64,000 bases of DNA from an uncultured Candidatus Obscuribacterales bacterium (GTDB lineage: Bacteria > Cyanobacteriota > Vampirovibrionia > Obscuribacterales > Obscuribacteraceae): positions 53,786-117,785 of the forward strand of contig CAYQKX010000012.1 of assembly GCA_964418155.1 (NCBI GenBank), given 5' to 3'. The notes below the pieces were generated by a model. The model searched no databases, was not told the DNA's origin, and saw only the letters and a list, made by a program, of their open reading frames with translations. Numbering within the stretch: the first letter of the stretch is position 1; every line of letters starts with the position of its first letter. The position numbers and the translations under genes are program-made. Below, piece by piece: positions 1-9,421 of the stretch.

Positions 1-2031
1 GACTGATTGTTGTTTCATACCAAGTTTGAACATTTTGTCGGCAAGGTCGATTAGCCGATCGATTGCATTCTCGACCATCCCTGGGCCAAGTTTGCCGCTA
101 TGCAATTCGCAATAGCTCAGATCTTGCTTGTAGATTTCGAACGCCCTATCGAAATCCTTGCGCAAAGCGGCGTTATCTGCGGAAGTATACAAACAGATGG
201 AACCGAAAGTCGGATCCACTCCTTTGACCCTTTTAAATTCACGCCTGGCAATCTCCACCCATCTATCAGATTCATCGAAGTGGCCGCAATAAGTTTCGGA
301 TTCGGCAATTCGAAGCGCCAGGTAGGCAGGGCGGGAAGGCTGCTCGTCGTCAAACCGCCTGTGTATTCGCCAGGCTTCGAGAAATTTATCTCGAGCTTCG
401 CTGAATCGCTTCTGGCGCATATAACCCTCAGCGAGGTGCATTAGTCCGTCAAACACGAACACTTTAACGTCTTTATCTATGCCATGTTTGATGACATTTT
501 TGTACTGAGCTTCAGATTCTTCGTAACGCTGTTGGAGTTTATAAATATCAGCAAGATAGAGTTGGGACAAGCAAATCACATTCTTGTCACCCGTCTGCTT
601 GGCCAGATCAATCGCATCGAGTGCCTTCACTTCGGCCTCTTCCAGTTTATTTATAATTGCCAGATCAGCAGACTGTCGCTGTGCGACGATTGTCCGGATC
701 AAAAGAGCATGTTTACCGGTGAAACGTACCGGGATTGCCAGTTTGCTGAGGAAGTCCAGATCCGCCGACACATCGTTGTTAGTCAAGTAACTGTCGGACA
801 GACGAAGTACACAGTCGCGGAACAGATACGCATCGGACTTCGGTGAAGCGGCCACCTTATCCAACAGCTTTTTGTAATACTTGTGGGCTTCGTCTGGTTG
901 CCCCGTGTCACGCAAACCATCGGCAATCATACGCAGCAGTTTTGCAGAAGTATCTGCTTTTCTGGGGACCGAGTCAGGGATCTCTTCACATTTCGCATAT
1001 GCGCGTTTTGCTACCTTAATCATCAGATCATTGTTGTGCTGTTTCTGCAAATAACCCGCCACCGTATATAGTGTCGCGCTCGGACCGCCTGGAAATAGAT
1101 CCGCGGATATCTCGTAGAGTTTGTTCGCTTCTACCATGTTGCCTTCAAGTTCATACAAAAAACCGAGAAGGACATATTCGCGGCATAGATCACGCTTTGT
1201 CCGGTTACCAGGGTGTTTGCTCGGATCCAGAGCCTCCTCCAAAAGCGATTTGGCCTTGACCATGTCTCCACCTACGAATTCACAGATCGCCGAATGCAAA
1301 AGCGTATCGCGAAATCGATTGCTGGAAGGACCAAACTTTTCAGCAGCGAGCCTGGCAATTCGAAGCGATTTCCTAGCTGCGGTGATATCTCCGGAATCCA
1401 GCGCTTTGGCAGCTTCTTGGATCAACCGATCGCAATCGTCCACCGTCGTGTAAAGGGCTTGCTGTTTGATCTCGAGCTCCGATGCTTCAGATGTCTTTCC
1501 CATCTTCTTGAGCAGTGAGATGTACTGACGCGTCATCTCCAGCTTTCGAGTCATGTTACCCAGGACTCGATCGTGTAACACAAGGGCCTGCTCGTACTCT
1601 GTCTTCGCCTCTTGAAGACGCCCGAGTTCGGTGTACGCTTTTGCAAGAAGGTACTGCGAGCGAGCGATCATAACTTCGCGCTCACGATTTTCGGCGGAGC
1701 CAAACGTGGGAGAATTTCGTGCGGCATCTAAATCTTGCCTGGCGGCAAGAGCCTGTTTCGCCGCACCTGACGCATCGCCGTCACGTAGCAAGTAGTCGCC
1801 GTAGTCGAGAGTTACCGTTGAAAGCTTTGCTCCATTCCCGCTCTTTCGCCCCTGATCGATGGCCTGTTCGAAAAGCGTGCGGGCTTCGGTGGCGCTACCA
1901 GTCTGTTTTGCCTGATACCAGAGCCTATCGCAAAGCTCTTCCGGCGGCATTGATTGGCACGAAGAGACCAGCAACGGCAAGGCCAAAGCGAGGACTCCTT
2001 TCAAGATTTTTCGACGGGTGGCAGATTCCAT
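1..2031 (-). CDS. TPR-repeat lipoprotein, C-terminal end cut by the window edge
   Basis: Absent from the ORF track because no stop lies inside the window. My manual translation of the reverse strand from ATG (2031..2029) stays open to base 1 (677 codons). N-terminus MESATRRKILKGVLALALPLLVSSCQS is a signal peptide plus lipobox-like Cys. The rest is TPR-like helical repeat sequence (e.g. LLAKAYTELGRLQEAKTEYEQALVLHDRVLG). The short + strand ORFs at 100..2054 are in mixed frames opposite it. Confidence 0.7.
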   Translation of the reverse strand, partial: MESATRRKILKGVLALALPLLVSSCQSMPPEELCDRLWYQAKQTGSATEARTLFEQAIDQGRKSGNGAKLSTVTLDYGDYLLRDGDASGAAKQALAARQDLDAARNSPTFGSAENREREVMIARSQYLLAKAYTELGRLQEAKTEYEQALVLHDRVLGNMTRKLEMTRQYISLLKKMGKTSEASELEIKQQALYTTVDDCDRLIQEAAKALDSGDITAARKSLRIARLAAEKFGPSSNRFRDTLLHSAICEFVGGDMVKAKSLLEEALDPSKHPGNRTKRDLCREYVLLGFLYELEGNMVEANKLYEISADLFPGGPSATLYTVAGYLQKQHNNDLMIKVAKRAYAKCEEIPDSVPRKADTSAKLLRMIADGLRDTGQPDEAHKYYKKLLDKVAASPKSDAYLFRDCVLRLSDSYLTNNDVSADLDFLSKLAIPVRFTGKHALLIRTIVAQRQSADLAIINKLEEAEVKALDAIDLAKQTGDKNVICLSQLYLADIYKLQQRYEESEAQYKNVIKHGIDKDVKVFVFDGLMHLAEGYMRQKRFSEARDKFLEAWRIHRRFDDEQPSRPAYLALRIAESETYCGHFDESDRWVEIARREFKRVKGVDPTFGSICLYTSADNAALRKDFDRAFEIYKQDLSYCELHSGKLGPGMVENAIDRLIDLADKMFKLGMKQQSV

Positions 2032-2238
2032 TTGCACGCGGATTTCCGAGCTGACTGCTCGGTTATAAGTCGATATACCCAGAGCGAAGTTATCTGAAAG
2101 AAGGACCGGTATACCGATATTCACTCGTGCAAGATACAAATTCACTCGACGACACGGCGAAGCCGAATCGCAAAGAGCAGCGCTATCATCCGCCGTCGTG
2201 CTCCGAGAATCACCAGTAATATTTTGGTTTCAGGAAAG

Positions 2239-2583
2239 TTAGCGCCAGGAACCATCACCCAGGTCCTGATCGCGACTCGTCGACGGAGTGGCAGTTCGCA
2301 ACTCGCTTCGACTCTTAATCTTCGAACCACAGTCACTGCAATAGAGTTGCTCACCGTTGACTTTTGGGGCCGATCTATGACCATACAGCTTGCATTGATT
2401 TTTCATACCGCTGGCAAATGTGCAGTAGTGCACAATGCTGCGCAGCACTTCCCTCAATTTGTCACCCAAAGGTCTTGTTGTATGGTCGCCGTTGACGACC
2501 TTGAGTTTGAGCGTATTGATTTCGTCTTTTGTGATTCGCCGCGCACTTGGATCCCGTTTTGAAATAACTGAGCGATCGATCAT
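2239..2583 (-). CDS. small Cys-rich (zinc-ribbon-like) hypothetical protein
   Basis: Track ORF 2239..2604. ATG at 2583 (MIDRSVISK...) preferred because GGGAGA lies 7 nt upstream. Cys pattern C-x9-C-x17-C-x2-C. No family recognised. Confidence 0.45.
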   Translation of the reverse strand: MIDRSVISKRDPSARRITKDEINTLKLKVVNGDHTTRPLGDKLREVLRSIVHYCTFASGMKNQCKLYGHRSAPKVNGEQLYCSDCGSKIKSRSELRTATPSTSRDQDLGDGSWR

Positions 2584-2851
2584 ATGCCGTTCTCCCGATA
2601 CCACGTGGTTATTTTCACACGCGTCGGCAAAGCTGAGGCCTTGAGGGCGGCCCTTGATGAGTTTTCTTTTTCACGCTCACGCATCCTCGAGGCGGAGCTA
2701 GAGCCGTAATCATCAATATTGTCACTGATCGAAGCGGCAAATAAAATCTGGCTAATCTTTTAAGAGAATGTCTATTGATTGACTCCTGACATCAATTAGC
2801 AAGCCAGGCCTTAGAATACAAAGTCGAGCGATACCCTCGTTCAATCCGAAC

Positions 2852-2887
2852 AAAAAAAAGAAATGATACCGCAAGCGGTATCATTTC
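2852..2887 (-). terminator. rho-independent terminator after korB
   Basis: Perfect inverted repeat GAAATGATACCGC / GCGGTATCATTTC (2860..2887). On the - strand it is followed by a T8 run (complement of 2852..2859), about 25 nt past the korB stop. Confidence 0.75.
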
Positions 2888-2911
2888 CAGATTACTCAAT
2901 GCAACTGTCTT

Positions 2912-3790
2912 CTAGATCATCTCTTCGACAAGAGCCTTGAACACAGCTTTGTCAGCGCCAAGCTTGGCTTTGACCAGCGGTCCTTTATGGAGGTTAGGCT
3001 CACCATCTTCATAAGTAGGCATGTCTGTTTTGTACAGTACGCCGACTGGAATGGTGTCACCCCACTCAAAGGACTTTTCGAGCGACTTGTAGAAGTCGCC
3101 GGAATCCCAACCCTTGTCCTCGAGCTTGTATACACGCTCTTTGAACCATGGATAGGTGTTGATCTTGTTATACGTCACGCAAGGGCTGAAGACGTCAATC
3201 AAGGCAAAGCCTTTGTGCGCCATGCCACCAGCGATCATGTCGACAAGGTGCTTTTGTTCTCCAGAAAATCCACGTGCTACGTAGGTAGCACCAGATGTGA
3301 TAGCAAGTGCCAGTGGATTCAGCGGAGACTCGATGTTGCCTTGAGGAGTCGATTTTGTGACGTGCCCTTTGGTCGTCGTTGGCGAAGCTTGTCCGGTGGT
3401 CAATCCGTAGATTTGATTGTCCATAACTACATAGGTGACGTCGAGATTACGGCGCATGGCATGAAGCAAGTGCCCGATACCGATACCATAACCGTCGCCA
3501 TCACCGCCGGTGATGACTGTCTTCAAGTCGGTGTTAGCGAGGTGTGCGCCGGTTGCTACCGGTACGGAGCGACCGTGCAAGCTGTGAATACCGTAAGCGT
3601 GGATGAATCCAGGCAGGTTCGAAGAGCAGCCGATGCCGCTAACGACGAGCAGGTTCTCTGGTTTAACCCCAAGTCTACCAGCGGCTTCTTGTACTGATTT
3701 CAGTACGCCGAAGTCGCCACAGCCAGGACACCAGTCCGGATCGACCGGACCTTTATATGTATCAACTGGAAGTTCAATTACTGTTGCCAT
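2912..3790 (-). CDS. korB: 2-oxoacid:ferredoxin oxidoreductase, beta (TPP-binding) subunit
   Basis: Track ORF 2912..3796 starts at TTG. ATG at 3790 preferred (GAGGGA 6 nt upstream). Motifs WCPGCGDFG, SGIGCSS, GGDGDGYGIG...DNQIYGLTTGQ are typical of OFOR beta subunits. Substrate not decidable. Confidence 0.9.
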   Translation of the reverse strand: MATVIELPVDTYKGPVDPDWCPGCGDFGVLKSVQEAAGRLGVKPENLLVVSGIGCSSNLPGFIHAYGIHSLHGRSVPVATGAHLANTDLKTVITGGDGDGYGIGIGHLLHAMRRNLDVTYVVMDNQIYGLTTGQASPTTTKGHVTKSTPQGNIESPLNPLALAITSGATYVARGFSGEQKHLVDMIAGGMAHKGFALIDVFSPCVTYNKINTYPWFKERVYKLEDKGWDSGDFYKSLEKSFEWGDTIPVGVLYKTDMPTYEDGEPNLHKGPLVKAKLGADKAVFKALVEEMI

Positions 3791-3840
3791 TCCCAATCCC
3801 TCTGATTATTAGGATAAACGTTTTTCGTCAGTGAAAACAA

Positions 3841-5835
3841 TTACGATTCCGCCTTCTCGAATGAGTAGGTCGCGCCGGTGTGGATACCGATCTTCATCGA
3901 ACCACCTTTCTTACCGGTCACGCGTTCGGCAATTTCGATGTTCCATACTGGTTCACCATGACCATTGGCAGATTCTTTGATGACTTTGACAGGGCGCAGC
4001 TTTTCACCGCCATGCGTACGCAGGTAGTGATAGACCATCTCTCTGGCTTCGTCCTCTGAAACTTCCAGATCCTTCGGCTTGTTGGCCAACAGGCGCTTCA
4101 CATTGTCGGCGACTTCTTGCGGCTCTAGAGGTTCACCGTCATAACGATTGATGTGACCATCCATGGAAATTCCGGTTTCCATTTTGATAAGCTTAGCCAT
4201 GACGCTCGTGAAATTGACCTCTACCGAGATCTTCTTTTTAGCTTTAGAAAGCAGCTCGGTAACTTCCTTCACATGGAAAGGAGCGATGTATTTGATTACC
4301 AGGAAATTGGTCTTTGTGCCCTGAGCTGTCAGGCGCTCTGCAGCTTCTTTGACCACACCAGAGGTGGAGCCCCAGCAAACGAGCGTGACTTCTGCGTCTT
4401 TCGGACCTTCAAGCTCCGGAGCCGGTAGCTCCTTCAGCATGTTCTCCACTTTACGCATCCGTTTTTCCATAATCTTACGGCGCACCGGAGGCGACGTGAA
4501 CATATCGGAGATCAAGATGCTTTCTTCGTCGTGATCGTCGGAGGCGCTGACATACAGAGTGTTAGCTGTACCAGGCAGAGCTCGAGGAGAGATACCGGAT
4601 TCGGTGAATCGGAAACGTCTGTATTTACCATCAGACTCGTTCCACTTTTCGACCAGTTCGCCACGATCGATTTTCACGTCTGGTGAGAAGCTCTCGGCAT
4701 CAACGGTTTCTGGGTGTTCCGAAAGTAGCAGGTCGGACATCAGAAGCACAGGCAACTGATACTTGTCTGCAAGATGGAAGGACTCGACCGTTGCGGCATA
4801 AGCATCCGCTATATCTCTTGGAGCGACAATCAGGCGAGGGAATTCACCTTGTGAAGCACCAAAGACCTGGAACAAATCTGCTTGTTCTGTCTTGGTCGGC
4901 AGACCGGTGGAAGGACCACCTCTTTGAACTTCGACCACAACCACGGGCACTTCCATGATCCCGGCCATACCGATAGCTTCAGTCATTAAAGCAAAGCCAC
5001 CGCCCGCAGTTGCGCACATAGAACGCACGCCGCCGATTCCAGCGCCGATTGCCATGTTGACTACGGAAAGCTCATCTTCGCATTGTTTTACCAGAATGCC
5101 TGTTTCATGCTGATGCGCAGCCATCCAGTGAAGAATCGTGGATGCTGGAGTCATCGGATACGCAGAGTAGAACTTGCAACCAGCAGCATAGGCGGCAAGC
5201 GCAATAGCTTCGTTGCCGGTGACGAAAGGACGTCTTTTTCCGGACATATTCCATTCTGATTGAACAGCCTTGGCATTCTTCTTGGCGTACTCATATCCAA
5301 CCGTCAGCAATCCGATGTTGAGATCGATTATCTCCTGACCTTTATGAGCAAAGGTGTCGCTCAAAACTTTCGTAGGCTCTTCCAGTCCGATGCCTGCAAG
5401 GAAAGCCACTGCGCCGATGGCAATGGTATTTTGCATGATCGGCTTGATTGGACCATACTTTTCTTTCAACTCACCGGTAATCTCGGTGATAGGAAGAGCG
5501 AGAACTTGCACGCCCTTTCTGACCAGCGATTCATCACACTTGATGCGATCGCCGTTAAACACGATGGCACCACCTTCCTGTACTTCAGGAGCGTGGCGCT
5601 CGATAGAATCCTGATTCAGAGCCACGAGAACATTAAGGTTATCGCCATGGCAATAGACCTTCTCATCTCCGACTCTGACCTTAAGCCAAATGTGACCGCC
5701 TCGAATAATCGACTGGTAGCTGTTGTATGCGTAGACATAGAGACCGAGCCGACCGCAAGATCTGGCAAGCGTATCGCCGGACTTATCAAGTCCATCACCG
5801 GCGGCACCAGCTATACCGATTGTGACTTCATGCAT
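3841..5835 (-). CDS. korA: 2-oxoacid:ferredoxin oxidoreductase, fused gamma-alpha subunit
   Basis: Track ORF 3841..5976. Start moved to ATG 5835 (MHEVTIGIAGAAGDG, GGGAG 10 nt upstream). N-terminal gamma-type domain is fused to an alpha domain (FVTGNEAIALAAYAAGCKFYSAYPMTPAS, GGGFALM), as in two-subunit KorAB-type enzymes. Confidence 0.9.
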   Translation of the reverse strand: MHEVTIGIAGAAGDGLDKSGDTLARSCGRLGLYVYAYNSYQSIIRGGHIWLKVRVGDEKVYCHGDNLNVLVALNQDSIERHAPEVQEGGAIVFNGDRIKCDESLVRKGVQVLALPITEITGELKEKYGPIKPIMQNTIAIGAVAFLAGIGLEEPTKVLSDTFAHKGQEIIDLNIGLLTVGYEYAKKNAKAVQSEWNMSGKRRPFVTGNEAIALAAYAAGCKFYSAYPMTPASTILHWMAAHQHETGILVKQCEDELSVVNMAIGAGIGGVRSMCATAGGGFALMTEAIGMAGIMEVPVVVVEVQRGGPSTGLPTKTEQADLFQVFGASQGEFPRLIVAPRDIADAYAATVESFHLADKYQLPVLLMSDLLLSEHPETVDAESFSPDVKIDRGELVEKWNESDGKYRRFRFTESGISPRALPGTANTLYVSASDDHDEESILISDMFTSPPVRRKIMEKRMRKVENMLKELPAPELEGPKDAEVTLVCWGSTSGVVKEAAERLTAQGTKTNFLVIKYIAPFHVKEVTELLSKAKKKISVEVNFTSVMAKLIKMETGISMDGHINRYDGEPLEPQEVADNVKRLLANKPKDLEVSEDEAREMVYHYLRTHGGEKLRPVKVIKESANGHGEPVWNIEIAERVTGKKGGSMKIGIHTGATYSFEKAES

Positions 5836-6384
5836 TAACCGAGTTCTCCCTAAACAATCCTTACCTTCATTGCCAACCGTATCCGACGGGCGGCTGAACC
5901 TCGCGTCTAACCGCTTAGCCCGCAGCCTCTCTACCCGCCTGTTGGTGGGACCTGCGCCTGGCTTAAACGATAGCATAAGAATCTATATAGATGGCAAGCG
6001 AATGTAATGCTGAGGATATTTTGACTCGGATAAATCGCCCTCCAGCCAGCGCCATACTGCCTTCACGCCGACAAAAAACCGCCTTTACACGAAACTGTGC
6101 ACTTGCCAACGCGAAATTTAGTGGGCGAACCGCTTGCGGGCCTGGTTGAAAACCGGAATCGGCCAGCTTAACGCCGGGCTGCCACGGGGGAAACTTCAGG
6201 CGCACTGCAACCGACTGGCAAATGGGAACTGGCACAACGGTGGATAAGACTAAGACACTGCAATCAGCCACGAGAAACGACTCAACTCCGCTGCTTCTCG
6301 GCTGCGATTTCAGAACCGGCTGCGAATCTTGGAACCACCGACTTACGGCCGGCTCCTCCTCTAGGCAAAATGCGTTTCAGCCCT

Positions 6385-6420
6385 CGAAAAGACGAAAGCA
6401 CCCTTTTAGCCGGGTGCTTT
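6385..6420 (-). terminator. terminator-like hairpin after the His-rich ORF
   Basis: Stem AAAGCACCC (6395..6403) / GGGTGCTTT (6412..6420). On the - strand it is followed by CGTCTTTTCG. It lies about 48 nt past the stop at 6468. Confidence 0.6.
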
Positions 6421-6467
6421 TCAAGATAAGAAACGGGGTTAGCCGCTGACGCGGTTAACACGGAGTT

Positions 6468-6995
6468 CTAGTGTCCAGCTTCAGGAACTGGCGTCGCTGA
6501 GGGAGCTGCTGGAGTTGCTGACGGAGCAGTTGAATCTGTCGGCGTCGGAGGGGGTGTAGTTCCTACCGGGGGAGCCGCAGGAGCGCCGGGAGCAGAACCC
6601 ACTGCCGAGGGAGCCTCATGACCTGCGGGAACTTCGTGACCTGTAGGAACTTCGTGACCAGCCGGAGCTTCAGTAGTTGCACCCTCAGTACCATGCGAAG
6701 GAGCACTCTTTGCAGCACCATGCTCCTGGTGAGCCGACGAAGAATGGCTTGGCGTATAGAGCCCCTCGGTCTCATGATGTGACGGTGCAGCCTTGATCCC
6801 GCCCCAGACAATCATCAAAAAGCTGAGCGCGCAGAAGCAAGCAGTAAGAACCAGCGCCAGTGTTCCATCCTCGAAACTCTTAACTGGTACGACTTCCACG
6901 TGAGCAATCGGGCCCTCGTGGTGATGGTCGTCATGACCATGGTCCCCGCCGTGGGAATCATGTTCGTCGTGTGCGTGCTGGTCGTGCGTTGCCAT
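6468..6995 (-). CDS. histidine-rich single-pass membrane protein (unknown function)
   Basis: Complete ATG ORF of 175 aa. There are 10 His in the first 26 residues (MATHDQHAHDEHDSHGGDHGHDDHHH) and one hydrophobic span (LALVLTACFCALSFLMIVWGGI). A His/Pro/Ala/Thr-rich tail follows, with AGHEVP-type hexapeptides encoded by 3 x 18-bp tandem repeats (6618..6671). It lies 79 nt downstream of nuoL on the same strand. Confidence 0.7.
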   Translation of the reverse strand: MATHDQHAHDEHDSHGGDHGHDDHHHEGPIAHVEVVPVKSFEDGTLALVLTACFCALSFLMIVWGGIKAAPSHHETEGLYTPSHSSSAHQEHGAAKSAPSHGTEGATTEAPAGHEVPTGHEVPAGHEAPSAVGSAPGAPAAPPVGTTPPPTPTDSTAPSATPAAPSATPVPEAGH

Positions 6996-7074
6996 TTCAA
7001 GAACCTTTGTATGTTGTCGAACTGTTTAACTCAACTGATTGTTCCACCGCAGGCGACTGGAGTCGCCTTCAATT

Positions 7075-9099
7075 CTATGCATTAGGACTGGCGAGGAAAA
7101 CGATCCAGGTCAGTAGCGCAACCCACATGAAGATTACGAGCGCGTAGTACTGCCCTCTTCCTGTTTGCGTGTACTTCAATACTTCGCCGATTGCGCTTGT
7201 GATTAAACTGGACGCGTTGACGATATTGTCGATCACGACCGTATCTACAAATTTCCAGATGCTATTGAAGAACGGCAAAAGAAGCTTGTTTACAAACCCC
7301 ATATAAATCTCGTCGAAGTACCACTTGTTGTAAGAAATACGCCAGATGATGCTGTTGCTTTCGACGAGCGACTTGTTGATCTGGGTAACTTTAGCGATAT
7401 AAGTAAGGTAAGAGATAACAATACCGACGATTGCCACTCCTGTTGAAATCAGCAGCACATCGGTGTTTACCTTTTCTCCATGTGGCTGCACCCAGTATAC
7501 GAATGCTGACCACGCGTTCACTCCTTCGAGTCCCTTGAAGGAATCAGCGCTGTATCCAAGCAGTCCACCAGCAAACATTGAAGGAAAGGCTAAAAACACA
7601 AGTGGCATCCACATTACCGGCGCTACTTCGTGCGCCTTATGATCACCACGATACTTTCCTTCGAATACAAGGAAATAGAGTCTAAACATGTAAAACGCAG
7701 TCAATCCGGCGGTCGCAATCAACAACCAACCAATTGCTGGATTGGCATGCATAGCCGCTGCCACAATCTCGTCTTTGGAAAACCAGCCGCTCAAGCCAGG
7801 GAAGCCCGAAATCGAGAGACATCCGATCAAGAAAGGGTAGGCCGTGAACGGCATGATCTTTCTCAATCCACCCATCTTGCGAATGTCCTGTTCATGGTGA
7901 CAGCCGATAATCACAGCGCCGCTTCCAAGGAATAGCATCGCCTTGAAGAATGCGTGAGTGAATAGGTGAAAGAGACCAGCCGAGAAAGCACCAACTCCAA
8001 GACCGGCCATCATATAACCGAGCTGCGAGCATGTAGACCAGGCGAGTACGCGCTTGATGTCGTTTTGACTCATTGCGATGGTGGCGGCCATCACAGCAGT
8101 TATTGTTCCTACTGCAGCAACGACGCCAAGAGCGACGCTGTCGGTACTACCGTCTGGAGCGAGGAAGATCGGGTATGCCCGAGCTACCAAGTAGATACCG
8201 GCAGCAACCATGGTGGCAGCGTGGATGAGAGCGGAGATCGGTGTGGGACCTTCCATCGCGTCTGGGAGCCAGACATGGAGAGGAAACTGCGCAGACTTTG
8301 CTATCGGTCCACCGAATATAAGGATCGCCATCAAAGGCATCGACGCAACTGTAAAGGCCAGCTCAGGATGAAGAGTACCGGCTTGCAGTGCGCGTTGTAA
8401 GGCAGTCGACAGATCTATTCCACCGGTGGAGTCGCCGACAAAAGCCATCAACGTGCCACCAGACCAGAAGTCTTTCGTCGCAAGCAGCAGCATCAAGATG
8501 CCGACCAGGAAAGCGAAATCGCCGACTCTGTTAACGACGAATGCTTTCATACAAGCCGCCGCCGCCGAGTTTTTGTACCACCAGAATCCGATCAGGAAAT
8601 AACTGCAGACGCCTACCAACTCCCAGAAGCCATACATCTGGAACATGTTGGTCGAGACAACCAGACCGAGCATCGATCCGGTGAATAGTGAAAGGTACGC
8701 GTAGAAGCGCGCATAGCCAGGATCATCACGCATGTATCCGTGAGTGTAGACCTGGACGAACAGACTTATCGTTGTGACAACGATCAACATCATGCAAGCA
8801 ATGTTGTCGACCAGATAGCCGACGGAGAGTTTGAAATCCTGACAAGCGAACCAATCCCAGTTGTGCTGGAAAACGTACCCAGGATTGGCGCTCAAAGCCT
8901 GGAAGATTATGAACGAATGAATAAAACCCCAGGCGATCGCCGCAATCGACGAGAACATCGCAAGCGTTTTAAATATACGTTTTTCGCCGAGCTTCAACCC
9001 GCCAAACAAGAAGCAGGTGATGATGCCGAAGCCAACGAAGAACGGCAGCGCCACAATCAACCAGGCGCCTTCAACGAACGCTCTATGAAATTCACTCAC
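7075..9099 (-). CDS. nuoL: NADH-quinone oxidoreductase subunit L (NuoL/NdhF-type antiporter-like subunit)
   Basis: 674 aa, GTG start with GGAGA 8 nt upstream. Hallmarks: WELVGVCSYFLIGFWW, KAFVVNRVGDFAFLVGI, and the C-terminal NKWYFDEIY lateral-helix region. Confidence 0.9.
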   Translation of the reverse strand: MSEFHRAFVEGAWLIVALPFFVGFGIITCFLFGGLKLGEKRIFKTLAMFSSIAAIAWGFIHSFIIFQALSANPGYVFQHNWDWFACQDFKLSVGYLVDNIACMMLIVVTTISLFVQVYTHGYMRDDPGYARFYAYLSLFTGSMLGLVVSTNMFQMYGFWELVGVCSYFLIGFWWYKNSAAAACMKAFVVNRVGDFAFLVGILMLLLATKDFWSGGTLMAFVGDSTGGIDLSTALQRALQAGTLHPELAFTVASMPLMAILIFGGPIAKSAQFPLHVWLPDAMEGPTPISALIHAATMVAAGIYLVARAYPIFLAPDGSTDSVALGVVAAVGTITAVMAATIAMSQNDIKRVLAWSTCSQLGYMMAGLGVGAFSAGLFHLFTHAFFKAMLFLGSGAVIIGCHHEQDIRKMGGLRKIMPFTAYPFLIGCLSISGFPGLSGWFSKDEIVAAAMHANPAIGWLLIATAGLTAFYMFRLYFLVFEGKYRGDHKAHEVAPVMWMPLVFLAFPSMFAGGLLGYSADSFKGLEGVNAWSAFVYWVQPHGEKVNTDVLLISTGVAIVGIVISYLTYIAKVTQINKSLVESNSIIWRISYNKWYFDEIYMGFVNKLLLPFFNSIWKFVDTVVIDNIVNASSLITSAIGEVLKYTQTGRGQYYALVIFMWVALLTWIVFLASPNA

Positions 9100-9421
9100 G
9101 TAAATCGTCTCCAGTGTACTAATGAGGCGGTCTTTTCAACACCTGAGGCGGCGTTCAAAACCCGCTGCTAATGATACATGGCGTAGCCGAGAGCTAGAGG
9201 CCTATATAAAAGAGCGTTTAAGAGCCCCGGTTGTAAACAGCTTCGATATTTTGGTTTATCAACTCATGGCATCTGGGCAAAAACGGCTGAGATAGCCATT
9301 GTTAGCGGGAGTTAAAACAAGAGGCAAACTGAATATATAACTCGTGAAAAGATTTTTCTTTTCAATAATTCTTCAAAGTGCCGCTTGAATGGTCAAAATC
9401 GCTGGATAGAAAAACATTGTC

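Noticed and set aside
100-2054. Seven + strand ORFs (60-120 aa) listed by the track
   Set aside because: They lie in mixed, overlapping frames opposite a continuous 677-codon reverse-strand TPR lipoprotein frame. Their translations are Arg/Cys/Ser-rich and unnatural.
2987-3697. 236-aa + strand ORF
   Set aside because: It is fully antisense to korB, whose TPP-binding motifs are unambiguous. It is a shadow ORF.
5260-5838. 192-aa + strand ORF
   Set aside because: It is antisense to korA. It is a shadow ORF.
5836-6467. A named structured RNA (RNase P, tmRNA, SRP RNA, TPP or cobalamin riboswitch) in the long korA upstream region
   Set aside because: I looked on both strands for hallmark strings: GGAAAGTCCGG-type P4, a tmRNA acceptor end, the SRP GGAA-rich loop, the CTGAGA/ACCTGATCTGG TPP boxes and a B12 box. 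I found none. Only generic hairpins are reported.
6468-9099. A DAB-type (DabB/DabA) or Cup-type CO2-hydration module next to NuoL
   Set aside because: No large DabA-like or CupA-like gene is present. The only partner is a 175-aa low-complexity His-rich protein, and NuoL retains complex-I-specific C-terminal features.
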